Shown here: one piece after another, positions 1-11,116 of the stretch
How positions within the stretch are numbered: the first letter of the stretch is position 1
Layout of the letters: each line of letters opens with the position of its first letter
Source of the DNA: an uncultured Rickettsiales bacterium
GTDB taxonomy: Bacteria; Pseudomonadota; Alphaproteobacteria; Rickettsiales; RI-342
NCBI GenBank assembly: GCA_964538615.1
Contig: CAZIGK010000006.1
Span: forward strand, 3,935-67,934
Direction of reading: 5' to 3'
DNA: 64,000 nucleotides
The notes under the pieces: model-generated
The model's input: only the letters and a program-made list of their open reading frames with translations
Told to the model about the DNA's origin: nothing
Database searches by the model: none
Position numbers and translations under genes: made by a program

Positions 1-2583
1 AATAGTTTAAACACCGCGCGAGATGTCACCATCCATTACCAGGAAGGACTGGGCTGGGGGCAATATAACCGCAAAGGCGATTTCCGCCCCTTCGTGCCGG
101 ATAGCAAAGATGAACTGGGCAATGGCATTTTCCTGCTGGCGCCGGATGCTGGCGAAAACGTCCTGACACTGGAGTTCCAACAACCCCGTCAGAATATTCT
201 GGATGATGCGGGCGAACCACCTGTCTCGTACCGCATTGAGCTATCCCCCCTGCCGGATGGCACCATCCATGCGGAATGGCATCCAGTCACCCTGCAAGAA
301 ACCCCACGCGCTTTCACCCATTCTCCCATACAGCTTTCACAAGGCCTTGTAGAGGGGGGCATCTTATTAGCGGCTCCCAAGTCATCAGCCCAACCTCATC
401 AGGAGCAGTCTCCCCCCCCCAACACAGTCTTCCGTGATTGGGATACAAGTGTTAGTCTCGTAGTCTCGCCGAACGGAGACGTGCTTTTAATGCAGGCACC
501 TCCTGGGCCGCTACGTGTACTGTCACTGGAACGTACATCTGAAGGCTGGCAGACGGTTTATCGTGACATATCAGACCTCAATGCCTCCGCACCTGAAGGC
601 GGGGGATGGTGGCAGTTCTCTCCCGCTTATCGCGTCACTATCCCAAAAGGTCATGAACCTTTTCTGGTAGAACATATTAACCCCGAAACGGGAGAACTGA
701 TCTACCGGGCAAAAGTCACCGCCGATACTCCGCATCAGGTACTATGGCAAAATCCGGCCTTAAACCTGCATGAATGGACACCCGTCAACGCTCAGCAATG
801 GCGGCTAGAAAAGGGGGTTTGGTACTATTTGCCTACGGAAACAAAAGTCGAAGCATCACCCGCCGCACCCAAGGAACCAGAAAGCACACGCGCCACCCAT
901 ACCACACTCTTTGAAGACATGGATCACCCCATCACGGTACGCCGTGGCGCTTATGGAGAAGTGATGTTCGATCTCCCATCCGACAGCCATCTGGCCATGG
1001 TGCCAGATAATGGCAGTTGGATAGTGGAATATACCGATAGCCGAACCGATCATACCCTCTACTGGTCACAGGAAGAGCAAACCCAGCCTCTCGTCCTCGC
1101 CCTGAATCAGGGTTATCGGTTAGAGATTCCGGCAGAAGCAGGTGCCCCGGCACAACTGATTCGCTCCGACAATCATCAGGAAACATTCCGCCTACATATT
1201 CGACCCGACGATACACCCGAGATCACCTTCATCCCGGAAGGCCGCATTTCCTCTGCACAATCCATTCAAGGGTTGCATGTCCGCGTTGAAAATACCGTGG
1301 TAGAAAACCTGGGGGCAGGGCCGCTGGCTGCCCAGCCCACCCATGCACCAACCACCCCTCCCTATATCACACCGCACCAACCACGCCCAACTATCCCGGC
1401 AGAAGCCAGCGGCTCGTACATCCCTTCGCAAGCACAATCACAAGCCGCCATTTGGTGGAACGAACAGGCCCTGCATGTCACTTTCGCTGAAGGCCAACCA
1501 TGGCGGGAACTACGGCTGGAGAGATTGGAATCGTTTGATGGCTCCCGCCATATTGCCGCCTATGTCACAAACGCAGAGGGACAACACGCCGCCTTCAATC
1601 TGGATGGAACCGGCTTCAAAACCCTACAGGCAGATAGTGCTATGCCGCTGCCCGGTCAATTGCTGGAGCAAGCGGATGGCCATATCTGGTATCAATGGAA
1701 CATGGCGGATGGCCTGACTCTTGCTATCCCCATGCAAGAGGCCACACTCCAACCTCTCCTGAGCGATAGTGATGCAGCAGGCAATATTGTTCATCAACTC
1801 ACCTACCAGCAGGATGGTCGCGTACTTCTCAGCACCCCCGGTCTCCCCACAGCGGAAGATATTACCCACACGACCATGCGGGATGCCTCAGGAGCCTACG
1901 CACAACCCTATCCGGTGGCTATGGTTCCCGCCCTTCCGTTCTCGTATCATCAGGCGGATGACATCTCCTTCCATCGCCTGCCCAACGGCTCTATCGAGTG
2001 TCGTACCGGTGAGGACAAACCCTACCTGACCTTCACACCAGATGCTCAGCAACAGTGCTGGACCGTCAGCGCCCATGATCGGGAAGGCTTGCTCCTGCCC
2101 GCCACGCCTATCACCGCCCATCAATTGCAAAGCTGGCGTCAGGCGACCCCTGAACAGCGGGAACAGCATCCTCTGCGTCACTTCCATACCCTGCTGGAAG
2201 CACGCAGTGCCGTAAACCCCGTCTATATCCCGGAACAGGGCGAAGCGTGGCATATCGCCTTTGCCAATGGTACGGAACTACGCATCCCCTCTACCCTGCA
2301 AGAGGCCGTCACCCTGCGCGATAGCAGCGCCGCTCACCGTCCGACCTTCGTGGCCTACGCTAATGGCAGTCAGGGCTTACACACCCCTCAAAGCGGCTGG
2401 ATACGCTTAGACGCACCGCTTGACCTGCACGCCAGTGAGCTAGAACAAGCAGAGGATATCGCCCTGTACCTGACCCAGCGTCTGGACGCCGCCACCGCCG
2501 ATCCCTCCTCACCAGCGCTGTCAACCCTTGCAACCGATGAAACCTTCTGGGCAGCTCTGAAAAGGGGAATGCAACAGGGTTAA
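1..2583 (+). CDS. Large hypothetical protein, N-terminus outside the window
   Basis: Frame 1 is open from nt 1 (NSLNTARDVTIHYQEGLGWGQYNRKGDFRPF precedes the GTG at 94 used by the ORF track); stop at 2581-2583. About 860 codons are visible. The protein is W/H/Q/P-rich with no motif I recognise. Confidence 0.55.
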   Translation, partial: NSLNTARDVTIHYQEGLGWGQYNRKGDFRPFVPDSKDELGNGIFLLAPDAGENVLTLEFQQPRQNILDDAGEPPVSYRIELSPLPDGTIHAEWHPVTLQETPRAFTHSPIQLSQGLVEGGILLAAPKSSAQPHQEQSPPPNTVFRDWDTSVSLVVSPNGDVLLMQAPPGPLRVLSLERTSEGWQTVYRDISDLNASAPEGGGWWQFSPAYRVTIPKGHEPFLVEHINPETGELIYRAKVTADTPHQVLWQNPALNLHEWTPVNAQQWRLEKGVWYYLPTETKVEASPAAPKEPESTRATHTTLFEDMDHPITVRRGAYGEVMFDLPSDSHLAMVPDNGSWIVEYTDSRTDHTLYWSQEEQTQPLVLALNQGYRLEIPAEAGAPAQLIRSDNHQETFRLHIRPDDTPEITFIPEGRISSAQSIQGLHVRVENTVVENLGAGPLAAQPTHAPTTPPYITPHQPRPTIPAEASGSYIPSQAQSQAAIWWNEQALHVTFAEGQPWRELRLERLESFDGSRHIAAYVTNAEGQHAAFNLDGTGFKTLQADSAMPLPGQLLEQADGHIWYQWNMADGLTLAIPMQEATLQPLLSDSDAAGNIVHQLTYQQDGRVLLSTPGLPTAEDITHTTMRDASGAYAQPYPVAMVPALPFSYHQADDISFHRLPNGSIECRTGEDKPYLTFTPDAQQQCWTVSAHDREGLLLPATPITAHQLQSWRQATPEQREQHPLRHFHTLLEARSAVNPVYIPEQGEAWHIAFANGTELRIPSTLQEAVTLRDSSAAHRPTFVAYANGSQGLHTPQSGWIRLDAPLDLHASELEQAEDIALYLTQRLDAATADPSSPALSTLATDETFWAALKRGMQQG

Positions 2584-2783
2584 GTCGTATCGTCAAATGA
2601 AAGGATACATTGGCGATGGGATGGATGTTGGTTAGATAGTGTTGTCACAAGATGTTGAATGACCTGCATCGCAAACCTACGCATCCATTGTGGATGATGG
2701 CTGCCTGCCGCGCACGTTGTTTCCTTGCAGAACGCAACATTTATCCTGCAACCCATCTTTGTTTCATCTAAAGATACAGCCCC

Positions 2784-3641
2784 ATGCTCCACCGCCTTCC
2801 TCTCCTCCTCTCCGCAGAAGAACTCCATCACTGGCTGCAACAACACCCACAAACCGTGGTGCTGGACGCAAGTTGGCACATGCCCAACAGCCAACGCAAC
2901 GCGCGAATGGAATATCAGCAAGCGCATATCCCCAACGCCCGTTTTTTTGATCTGGATGCCATCTCTGATCACGCATCCCCCCTCCCTCATATGCTTCCCC
3001 CTGCACAAACATGGGCACTCTCACTCGGTGCATTGGGCATTACCACGGAAAGCCCGGTTATTGTCTATGATACGGTGGGGCAATTCAGTGCCGCTCGCTG
3101 TTGGTGGATGTTCCGCGCATATGGCCATCGCTCTATTTCCGTATTGAACGGCGGCTTACCGGCGTGGCAAAAGGCAGGCTTTCCAGTGACCTCAGAACCC
3201 TCCCCCATGCATGCAACCACCTACCACCTTTCCCAACATACACCGCAGTATCTGGTCAATATGGCGCAGGTAGAAGCCGCCCTATCCCACCCGGAACAAT
3301 GCGTGCTGGATGCCCGCTCCCCCGCCCGCTTCCACGGCACAGAGCCGGATCCCCGTCCCGGCGTTCGTGCCGGCCACATGCCGGGCGCACGAAATGTGCA
3401 TTACGCCACACTCTTGAATGAAGACAAACATTTGCTCCCCCCTCACACGCTGCGTAAACAGTTCATGCAACTCGGCATCACCCCAGAAACACAGGTCGTG
3501 ACCACCTGTGGCTCCGGTGTCACCGCCGCCATTATTGCTCTTGCTCTGGAATATGCAGGCTTTCCCCGCTACTGCCTGTATGATGGTTCATGGGCCGAGT
3601 GGGGCAGCAGCGGCCAGCCCGTGCAAATCACGCCCGCATAA
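2784..3641 (+). CDS. sseA: 3-mercaptopyruvate/thiosulfate sulfurtransferase (tandem rhodanese)
   Basis: 285 aa with two rhodanese-like halves. The active-site loop CGSGVTA near the C-terminus is typical of the SseA/3-MST family. Confidence 0.85.
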   Translation: MLHRLPLLLSAEELHHWLQQHPQTVVLDASWHMPNSQRNARMEYQQAHIPNARFFDLDAISDHASPLPHMLPPAQTWALSLGALGITTESPVIVYDTVGQFSAARCWWMFRAYGHRSISVLNGGLPAWQKAGFPVTSEPSPMHATTYHLSQHTPQYLVNMAQVEAALSHPEQCVLDARSPARFHGTEPDPRPGVRAGHMPGARNVHYATLLNEDKHLLPPHTLRKQFMQLGITPETQVVTTCGSGVTAAIIALALEYAGFPRYCLYDGSWAEWGSSGQPVQITPA

Positions 3642-3738
3642 GCCCCATCACTCCCCGGCGGAACAAACGTCAGAGGCTCTGAATCCAATCCCTGAACCAC
3701 GGTACCATCTGCCGCCTGTTCGAAGCACGGTAGACGAT

Positions 3739-4947
3739 CTAAAAGGCCGCAATTCCAGTAATCGCCCGCCCCAAAATCAATGCGTGAATATCGTGGGTAC
3801 CCTCATAGGTATTCACACTCTCCAAATTCACCACATGCCGCATGACATGGTATTCATCGGTAATCCCATTCCCGCCATGCATATCCCGTGCGGTGCGGGC
3901 AATATCCAGTGCTTTCCCGGCAGAGTTCCGCTTCACCAGCGAAATCAATTCCACCGGACAGGCATGCTCATCCAGCAAGCGCCCTACCCGCAATACGGCC
4001 TGCAACCCCAGTGTTATCTCGGTCGCCATATCCGCCAGCTTTTTCTGAATCAACTGGTTAGCTGCCAACGGACGGTTAAACATCCTGCGCTCCAACGTAT
4101 AATTCCTCGCCGCTTCATAACAGAACTGCGCCGCGCCCAATGCCCCCCAGCTAATGCCAAAGCGAGCCTTATTCAGGCAACTGAACGGCCCTTTCAGCCC
4201 ACTCACCTCCAGCTCTTTTTCATCCGGCACAAACACATCATCCAACATAATGCTCCCGGTATCGGATGCCACCAGCGAAAGCTTGCCTTCAATGGCCGGG
4301 GTTTCCACTCCCGCCAAATGCCTGTCCACAATAAAGCCCCGAATGGTGCCATCTTCCACATGCCCGGCACCAAACACTTTCGCCCACACAATACATACAT
4401 CCGCAATCGGGGCATTGGTAATCCAGGTTTTACTCCCGTGCAGTTTCCACCCGCCGGGCACTTTGGTGGCACGGGTTTTCATGCCTGCCGGGTCAGATCC
4501 CACATCCGGCTCGGTCAGGCCAAAACAGCCAATCATCTCGCCCGTCGCCAATTTAGGTAAATATTCCTGCTTTTGTGCTTCCGTTCCAAACGTATGGATG
4601 GGGTGCATCACCAGAGAACTCTGCACTGAATAGGCAGAGCGGTATCCGCTATCCACCCATTCAATTTCCCGTGCAATCAAACCATAGGCTACATGGGTCG
4701 TACCTGCACAACCATATCCTTCAATGGTTGGCCCCAGCAACCCCATTTCCCCCATGTGCCGCATCAGTTTTGGGTCAAACCGATGCTGGCGAGTGGCCTC
4801 AATAATTCCCGGCAGAAGCTGCTCCCGTGCAAAGGCACGCGCACTGTCCATAATCAACCGCTCATCTTCCGTCAATTGACCGGACAGATCGAAAATATCA
4901 TCCCAGACAAAACGATTCACAGCAGCATTCACGGCATCACTCCTCAC
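3739..4947 (-). CDS. gcdH: Glutaryl-CoA dehydrogenase
   Basis: 402-aa acyl-CoA dehydrogenase resembling GcdH end to end, as I remember it ([25 protein letters not shown]-terminal [24 protein letters not shown]). Confidence 0.85.
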   Translation of the reverse strand: MRSDAVNAAVNRFVWDDIFDLSGQLTEDERLIMDSARAFAREQLLPGIIEATRQHRFDPKLMRHMGEMGLLGPTIEGYGCAGTTHVAYGLIAREIEWVDSGYRSAYSVQSSLVMHPIHTFGTEAQKQEYLPKLATGEMIGCFGLTEPDVGSDPAGMKTRATKVPGGWKLHGSKTWITNAPIADVCIVWAKVFGAGHVEDGTIRGFIVDRHLAGVETPAIEGKLSLVASDTGSIMLDDVFVPDEKELEVSGLKGPFSCLNKARFGISWGALGAAQFCYEAARNYTLERRMFNRPLAANQLIQKKLADMATEITLGLQAVLRVGRLLDEHACPVELISLVKRNSAGKALDIARTARDMHGGNGITDEYHVMRHVVNLESVNTYEGTHDIHALILGRAITGIAAF

Positions 4948-5034
4948 AGATTACCATACCGTCTCCATGCTATGCCGCTAAATGAGGTAAAGCAATCTTT
5001 TGTGCCCTGCACCATGTCAGAACCCCCCTGTCTC

Positions 5035-6615
5035 TCACGCCTCGGCTGATGTCACCATTCCTGTGTCTGTGCGTTTATTTCTGTTGTTTCTATCCCGCCA
5101 CAAGGCCACACATAATCCAGCCATTTGCAAAAAAAACAAAAAGAACAGCGGTATCGCTCCCGTACTGACCAACGCCCGCACTCCCGTAATACCGCTTTTG
5201 GCTGCCACCACACCGGATACCAAAAGCGTTAGCAACCCTCCCCACGTTAATTTCCTCGCAGCAGAAGGGGTAGCCTCCCCCCCATGCGCCATAGACGCCA
5301 ACACATAGGCCGCACTATCCGCAGAGGTCACCAGAAACAAAAATACCAATAGCCATACCCACACCCACCAGAATAGCGGGTATTCCTGTCCGGCAAACAG
5401 CATAAACACAGCATCCCCTACCTGATCCTGCACCTGCGCCACCAGAGGCGCCCCCAATAACTCCTGCTGCAAGGCAAAACCACCGAAAGCCGCAAACCAG
5501 AGAATACTGAACAGGCTGGGCACCAACACCACTCCGGCAATAAATTGCCGAATCGTTCGCCCACGGCTGATGCGCGCAATAAAAGTCGCCACAAACGGCG
5601 TCCACGCAATCCACGAGAGTAAATAGACCACTGTCCATTTTTCACCCCATGGCCGCTTGGCAATGCCAGCCGACGCCGTGCCGGAATCCTGTAGCTGAAA
5701 CGAAAGCTCCGGCAACATCTTCATAAAGGTACTCATGCTGGCACGCAACATGGTGGCAACATGTTCCCATGACATCAGGCCAATCACCGCCAGCATCAGC
5801 AATATGGCCAGCAGAATATTCACCACACTCAGTATCTGAATCCCCTTCCCCAGAGGCGTTGTTGCGGAGAGTAGAGCCACCCCACCCAATGCCCATGCCA
5901 GCATGGACTGCAAACCCAGCGTGTCTGCCCATTGTGGCACAATCCATTTCACGCCCGCCGCCAATTGTATCACCCCTTGACTGATACTAGCCGCCATCCC
6001 AATAATCACGGCGGTCAATGCCAGTATATCCAACAGACGGGATACATAGCGCGCCCATTTTCCTTGCCGACTTTGTAAAAGCGGCTGCACAGAACTACTG
6101 GGCATCAGAGGGTGCCGACGACAAAAGCGAAAATAGGCCACCGCAAGGCCTGATGCGGCATAAATCGCCCATGGATGAAACGTCCAGTGGAAATAACTTA
6201 AAGCCAGGCTTTCCGCTATTTGCTGACGCACGCTACCCTCACCCCATCCATCCGGTGGCAGGTCAAAATGCATCAAAGGCTCCGCAGCCCCCCAAAACAT
6301 TAGCCCGGCTCCCATACCGGCAGCAAACAGCATCGCCAGCCAGGATAAGGTATGAAACTCCGGTTGAGAATTCGCAGCCCCCAATTTCCATGCTCCAACC
6401 GGACTCATCGCTAACAGCAGCAAGCCCAGCAGCAATCCGCTACTCAACCATAACACCCCATCACCGAACACATGGCTGAAGGCAAACCCAATGCGCGTCG
6501 CCAGCTGCATAAAGGAAGAAGGATTCCACAAACACGCCGCGACCAGTGCAATACTGACCACCAATGCCGGACGCGCAACAGAAGAAACGTGAGGTATCAT
6601 CATGCGGGGCAGCAT
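5035..6615 (-). CDS. BCCT-family (betaine/carnitine/choline) transporter
   Basis: Polytopic hydrophobic protein carrying the BCCT signature region WTVVYLLSWIAWTPFVATFIARISRGRTIRQF. Confidence 0.85.
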   Translation of the reverse strand: MLPRMMIPHVSSVARPALVVSIALVAACLWNPSSFMQLATRIGFAFSHVFGDGVLWLSSGLLLGLLLLAMSPVGAWKLGAANSQPEFHTLSWLAMLFAAGMGAGLMFWGAAEPLMHFDLPPDGWGEGSVRQQIAESLALSYFHWTFHPWAIYAASGLAVAYFRFCRRHPLMPSSSVQPLLQSRQGKWARYVSRLLDILALTAVIIGMAASISQGVIQLAAGVKWIVPQWADTLGLQSMLAWALGGVALLSATTPLGKGIQILSVVNILLAILLMLAVIGLMSWEHVATMLRASMSTFMKMLPELSFQLQDSGTASAGIAKRPWGEKWTVVYLLSWIAWTPFVATFIARISRGRTIRQFIAGVVLVPSLFSILWFAAFGGFALQQELLGAPLVAQVQDQVGDAVFMLFAGQEYPLFWWVWVWLLVFLFLVTSADSAAYVLASMAHGGEATPSAARKLTWGGLLTLLVSGVVAAKSGITGVRALVSTGAIPLFFLFFLQMAGLCVALWRDRNNRNKRTDTGMVTSAEA

Positions 6616-6661
6616 AGGTCATCTGTCTCCCCCCGCCAACCATTAATGTCTTTTTTGTACC

Positions 6662-7420
6662 TTACTTGCCGGGTAATAAACGCACGATACGCTCCACCAA
6701 CGGCACAGGCAACATATCCAGCAACCGCAACGGTGCATACAGCGCGTATGGAAAGGCAATCCGACCCGGATTTTTTTCCAATCGTCTGGCAATCAGGGCG
6801 GCCGCCTGCTCCGGCTCCATGCGTAAGGGCATGGGAAACGGGTTAACATCCGTCAATGGGGTGCGAATAAAGCCAGGACATACCACCGTCACCCCCACCT
6901 GCTCCTTCGCCAGCAGTGGGCGTAATGCCTCGCCATAGGCTCGCACGGCACATTTGCTGGCACTGTAGGCCGGGGCGGAAGGCAAACCTCGCAACCCCGC
7001 CAAAGAACTGATGATCACCAATTGTCCACCCTGCCGCTGCACCATGCGTGGAATCACCGGGTGCAAACTATTCAGCACCCCATGCAGGTTTGTCTCCACA
7101 ATGGCCTGCACCTGCTCTACGCCCTCCACACCCTGTGCTGACCCGCCAGAGATACCCGCATTGGCAAACAACAGCTCAATGGGGGCATGGTCATCTGCCT
7201 TGCTCAGCCAGTCCTGCATCGCATCCGCATCCCGCACATCCAGCACGCGGGTCGTCACATGCGCCAGCTTTTGCCGACAGGCTTCCGCCACTTTATACAG
7301 CCTCGCCTCATCCCGCCCTTGCAGGTGCAGGGTCACAGCTTCAGCGGCATAATGTCTGGCCAGCGCAGCACCCAGACCGCTGCTTGCGCCGGTAATAGCC
7401 ACAACTTTACGTGCCTGCAT
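6662..7420 (-). CDS. Short-chain dehydrogenase/reductase
   Basis: ATG at 7420 gives MQARKVVAITGASSGLGAALA (the TGxxxGxG cofactor motif) and the catalytic motif YSASK. The remainder of the 493-aa track ORF is antisense to gmk. Confidence 0.8.
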   Translation of the reverse strand: MQARKVVAITGASSGLGAALARHYAAEAVTLHLQGRDEARLYKVAEACRQKLAHVTTRVLDVRDADAMQDWLSKADDHAPIELLFANAGISGGSAQGVEGVEQVQAIVETNLHGVLNSLHPVIPRMVQRQGGQLVIISSLAGLRGLPSAPAYSASKCAVRAYGEALRPLLAKEQVGVTVVCPGFIRTPLTDVNPFPMPLRMEPEQAAALIARRLEKNPGRIAFPYALYAPLRLLDMLPVPLVERIVRLLPGK

Positions 7421-7507
7421 CTTTTTCGTAACCGTTTTAAGGGTTTTCCAAACCTTTGCTATCATGCTATAGGCGTAAATGTTCACAAAACCAAGGAAAT
7501 CCCTCCC

Positions 7508-8149
7508 ATGCTTGACCGTCGTGGTATGATGTTTGTTCTCTCCTCTCCCTCCGGGGCGGGCAAAACCACCATTTCCCGCCGCCTGCTGGAGCTGGATACC
7601 AACCTGCGCATCTCCATTTCTGCCACCACCCGCGCCCCCAGACCCGGCGAGGAAAATGGCAAACACTACGACTTTGTGGATAAAGCGAAATTCGCTGATA
7701 TGATTATGAACGATGAGTTTCTGGAACATGCCAAAGTGTTCGATAATTATTACGGCACTCCCCGCGCACCGGTGGATATGGCTCTGTCGCAAGGCAAAGA
7801 TGTCCTGTTTGATATTGATTGGCAGGGCACCCGCCAATTGAAAAACAACGCCCGCAGTGATCTGGTCAGTGTTTTCATCCTCCCCCCCTCCATGCAGGAG
7901 CTGGAACGCCGCCTGCGCGCCCGTGCGCAGGACTCCGATGCCGTGGTACGCCAACGTATGACCAAATCCACAGACGAAATCAGCCATTGGTATGAATATG
8001 ATTATGTCGTGCTGAATAACGATCTGGAGGAAAGCCTGCACAAGGTGCTGTCCATTTTGCATGCAGAGCGCGCCCGCCGCAAACGCTATACCAACCTGCG
8101 AGAGTTTGTGGATCAATTGACCGATGAATACCGCGCCAGCCATGGCTAA
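7508..8149 (+). CDS. gmk: Guanylate kinase
   Basis: ATG at 7508; 213 aa; P-loop SSPSGAGKTT; typical Gmk length and C-terminal helix region. Confidence 0.9.
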   Translation: MLDRRGMMFVLSSPSGAGKTTISRRLLELDTNLRISISATTRAPRPGEENGKHYDFVDKAKFADMIMNDEFLEHAKVFDNYYGTPRAPVDMALSQGKDVLFDIDWQGTRQLKNNARSDLVSVFILPPSMQELERRLRARAQDSDAVVRQRMTKSTDEISHWYEYDYVVLNNDLEESLHKVLSILHAERARRKRYTNLREFVDQLTDEYRASHG

Positions 8150-9464
8150 TCACGCCCTCACCACTCTCTGTATGGCACTGCTATGCATGACCATGCAGCC
8201 TGCCCTGTCACGTGTGGCACATGCGCAATCCGCTCTATCCACAGAGCCACATCCCGCCGCAATCACGCAACCCCCCTCTGAAATACCACTCCCCGCACCC
8301 CTGAACGCGTCAGAGGATGCACAGCCCCTCGCCTCCCCACCCGCCTCGGAACTGGAAAAACTGCTCCACGCCTCCCCTGCGCAGGACACACCATCCTCCA
8401 CCGCTCCCTCTCTCGCGGAGGAACCCGCTCCCATCATCACGACCACCCAGCCAGACACCACACCTCCCACCTCTTCTTCACCCCCCGCCATCCAATCCAC
8501 CCCACTTCCCACACTCGCCCCCACCTCCGCACATGAAGCGGAAAACGCGACGGCTGAAGACACCGCTGCGGATACCCGCACCGCCTACCCGGAGCCAGAG
8601 CACTACTCCCTCCCCACAGACTCACCCCTTCCCATCGTGGGGGATTTCATTATCCATCCGGTCAGAGGGGAAGAAACCCTCTACGATATCGCTCGCCTCT
8701 ACGGTCTGGGTATTGTGGAACTGGCGCTCGCCAACCCAAAGCTGGACGTCTGGCTACCCGGTGTCGGCACAGAGGTGTTGGTGCCACGTAGTTTCATCCT
8801 GCCAGATACCCCTAAACAAGGCATTGTCATCAACCTGCCGGAACTGCGCATGTATGTCTATACCCGCAAGAAAACGGGTCATAAAACCTATACCGATGTC
8901 GTCACCTACCCCATCGGTGCGGGGCGTGAAGGGCTGAACACCCCCATCGGCACCACCACGGTTGTCCGCAAAAAAGCCAATCCCATCTGGTACCCCACGG
9001 CACAAACCCGCAAAGATAATCCAGAATATCCAGAAATGGTGCCCCCAGGGGAGGATAATCCCCTCGGCACCCATGCTCTCTACCTCGGCTGGCCGACCTA
9101 TGTCATTCACGGCACCCACCGACCCTGGGGCGTCGGACGACGCGTCAGCCGTGGCTGCATTCGCCTCTACCCGGAACATATTCCCCTGCTCTTTGCCGCA
9201 ACTGCCACGGGCACCCCGGTTCGTACCGTAGAACAACCCATCAAATTCGGCCTGCAAAATGGCAGCCTGTTTGTCGAAGTCCACCCGATGGACGCAGATA
9301 TGGAATCCATCGGCGCTCCCCAACCCATGACAGAGGAAGACAAACAACTCCTCACCCAGCGTATTCAGGCTATCCCACAGTCACATAGCCTCACCATAGA
9401 CTGGGAACGCCTCTGGGCAGCGGTTGAAAATCCTCGCGGCTACCCCATCCTCATCAGTCAATAA
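8124..9464 (+). CDS. L,D-transpeptidase (LysM + YkuD) with a Pro-rich N-terminal linker
   Basis: Signal-peptide-like N-terminus, a long P/S/T/A-rich region, a LysM-like segment (ETLYDIARLYGLGIVELALANP), and the YkuD catalytic region HGT...VSRGCIRLYPEHI. The start could be the ATG at 8142. Confidence 0.8.
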   Translation: MNTAPAMANHALTTLCMALLCMTMQPALSRVAHAQSALSTEPHPAAITQPPSEIPLPAPLNASEDAQPLASPPASELEKLLHASPAQDTPSSTAPSLAEEPAPIITTTQPDTTPPTSSSPPAIQSTPLPTLAPTSAHEAENATAEDTAADTRTAYPEPEHYSLPTDSPLPIVGDFIIHPVRGEETLYDIARLYGLGIVELALANPKLDVWLPGVGTEVLVPRSFILPDTPKQGIVINLPELRMYVYTRKKTGHKTYTDVVTYPIGAGREGLNTPIGTTTVVRKKANPIWYPTAQTRKDNPEYPEMVPPGEDNPLGTHALYLGWPTYVIHGTHRPWGVGRRVSRGCIRLYPEHIPLLFAATATGTPVRTVEQPIKFGLQNGSLFVEVHPMDADMESIGAPQPMTEEDKQLLTQRIQAIPQSHSLTIDWERLWAAVENPRGYPILISQ

Positions 9465-9658
9465 GCCCCCATCCGTTTTCTCCCTTTTGGGCGCATTGCT
9501 GTGGCTGGATGCAAAACAACGGCGAACACAACAATGCTGCAATGCAATGCCTGTTTTTGCTTGTAACCCGTGAGATAAGCTATCATAAACAAATGGCCAT
9601 GCGGCACCCCATCGCCGCATATACAGCATAGATATTCAAGCGTAAGGACATTCCCCCC

Positions 9659-10885
9659 ATGACCAAAATCAAAGTGGATAATCCCGTCGTCGAACTGGAT
9701 GGCGATGAAATGACCCGTATCATCTGGGCCTTCATCAAGCAAAAACTCATCCTGCCTTATTTGGATATTGACCTGAAATATTATGATCTGGGAATCGAAA
9801 AACGGGACGAAACCCGCGACCAGATTACCGTGGACGCCGCCTATGCGATTAAAGAATATGGCGTGGGTGTCAAATGTGCCACCATCACACCAGATGAAGC
9901 CCGCGTGGAAGAGTTCGGCTTAAAGGAAATGTATAAATCTCCCAACGGCACCATCCGTAATATTCTGGATGGAACAGTCTTCCGGGAACCCATTATTTGC
10001 CAGAATGTCCCACGCATTGTTAGCAACTGGCATCAACCCATCATTGTGGGTCGTCACGCGTTTGGGGATCAATATCGCTGCGTCAACTTCACCGTACCCC
10101 GCCGTGGCAAACTGAAAATCACCTTCACGCCAGATGATGGCAGCGCCCCTATCGAGCATGAGATTTTTCATTACCCCGGCAGCGGTGTCGCCATGGGCAT
10201 GTATAACACAGACGAATCCATTACCGGCTTCGCCCGTGCTTGCCTCAATTACGGCTTAGCACGTACCATGCCGGTCTATTTCTCTACCAAAAACACCATC
10301 CTGAAAGCCTATGATGGCCGCTTTAAGGATATTTTTCAGAAAGTCTATGAAGAAGAATTTACCGATTCCTTCAAGGCCGCAGGTATCACCTACGAACATC
10401 GCCTGATTGATGATATGGTGGCTGCCGCCATGAAATGGGAAGGCGGTTTCATCTGGGCCTGCAAAAATTACGATGGCGATGTGCAATCCGATATGGTGGC
10501 ACAAGGCTTCGGTTCACTGGGTCTCATGACCTCCGTCCTCATCACCCCAGACGGCAAAACCGTGGAAGCAGAAGCCGCGCACGGTACCGTCACCCGCCAC
10601 TACCGCGCCTACCAGCGTGGCGAAAAAACCTCCACCAACCCCATTGCCTCCATTTACGCATGGACCCGCGGCCTGTCCTTCCGCGCTAAGTTCGATGACA
10701 ACCCGGATCTCGCCCGCTTCGCTCAAGCGCTGGAACAAGCCTGCGTGGATACCGTGGAAGCTGGCTATATGACCAAAGACCTCGCCGCACTGGTCAGCAA
10801 AGACCAACAATGGCTCACCACGGAAGAATATCTGAATAAAGTGGATGAAGCACTGCACATGCGCATGCAGCAGAAAGCCGCGTAA
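9659..10885 (+). CDS. icd: NADP-dependent isocitrate dehydrogenase (about 400-aa subfamily)
   Basis: 408 aa. The N-terminus [23 protein letters not shown] and overall sequence match the monomer-size eukaryote-like IDH family. Confidence 0.9.
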   Translation: MTKIKVDNPVVELDGDEMTRIIWAFIKQKLILPYLDIDLKYYDLGIEKRDETRDQITVDAAYAIKEYGVGVKCATITPDEARVEEFGLKEMYKSPNGTIRNILDGTVFREPIICQNVPRIVSNWHQPIIVGRHAFGDQYRCVNFTVPRRGKLKITFTPDDGSAPIEHEIFHYPGSGVAMGMYNTDESITGFARACLNYGLARTMPVYFSTKNTILKAYDGRFKDIFQKVYEEEFTDSFKAAGITYEHRLIDDMVAAAMKWEGGFIWACKNYDGDVQSDMVAQGFGSLGLMTSVLITPDGKTVEAEAAHGTVTRHYRAYQRGEKTSTNPIASIYAWTRGLSFRAKFDDNPDLARFAQALEQACVDTVEAGYMTKDLAALVSKDQQWLTTEEYLNKVDEALHMRMQQKAA

Positions 10886-10899
10886 GTCAACACCTCGTC

Positions 10900-10941
10900 A
10901 TGCCTGTACCCGCCTGCGCGGGCACAGGCTATGGCAGGCAT
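10900..10941 (+). terminator. GC-rich imperfect hairpin 14 nt after the icd stop; head of a dispersed-repeat copy
   Basis: ATGCCTGTACCCGC-CTGC-GCGGGCACAGGC followed by ATGGCAGGCAT. There is no clear U-run, so the terminator function is inferred only from position. Confidence 0.35.
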
Positions 10942-11060
10942 CCACGTGCATCTTTTCTCTGGCTCCACTCGGCTATTCTATTCCCTCCTTGCCCGACTCC
11001 TGTCTCGCCAATGAGGGCAGCTCAAGGCGGGCGGTGGCCTGCTTGCGACCACTCGCCTGC
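10942..11060 (+). repeat. Diverged copy of the dispersed intergenic repeat family
   Basis: It shares CCACGTG...CTCTGGCTCCACTCGGCT and AAGGCGGGCGGTGGCCTGCTTGCGACC with the copies at 29.4-29.7 kb and with the reverse complement of the copy at 37.4 kb. Confidence 0.45.
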
Positions 11061-11116
11061 CATGCTACATCAGCGTTCACTACTTTTTTCCCGCCCCTCA
11101 CCGCGAGTTCACCCTC

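Noticed and set aside
3508-4560. 350-aa plus-strand ORF
   Set aside because: It lies entirely antisense to the well-supported gcdH gene. Its composition is low-complexity and Pro/His-rich, typical of a shadow frame.
7675-7683. Perfect DnaA box TGTGGATAA
   Set aside because: It is a single copy inside the gmk coding sequence. There is no cluster of boxes and no AT-rich unwinding element nearby. One perfect 9-mer in 64 kb is expected by chance.
7421-8143. Upstream two-thirds of the 493-aa minus-strand ORF (6662..8143)
   Set aside because: This part is antisense to gmk and has no protein-like motifs. The SDR begins at the ATG at 7420 with the usual TGxxxGxG N-terminus.
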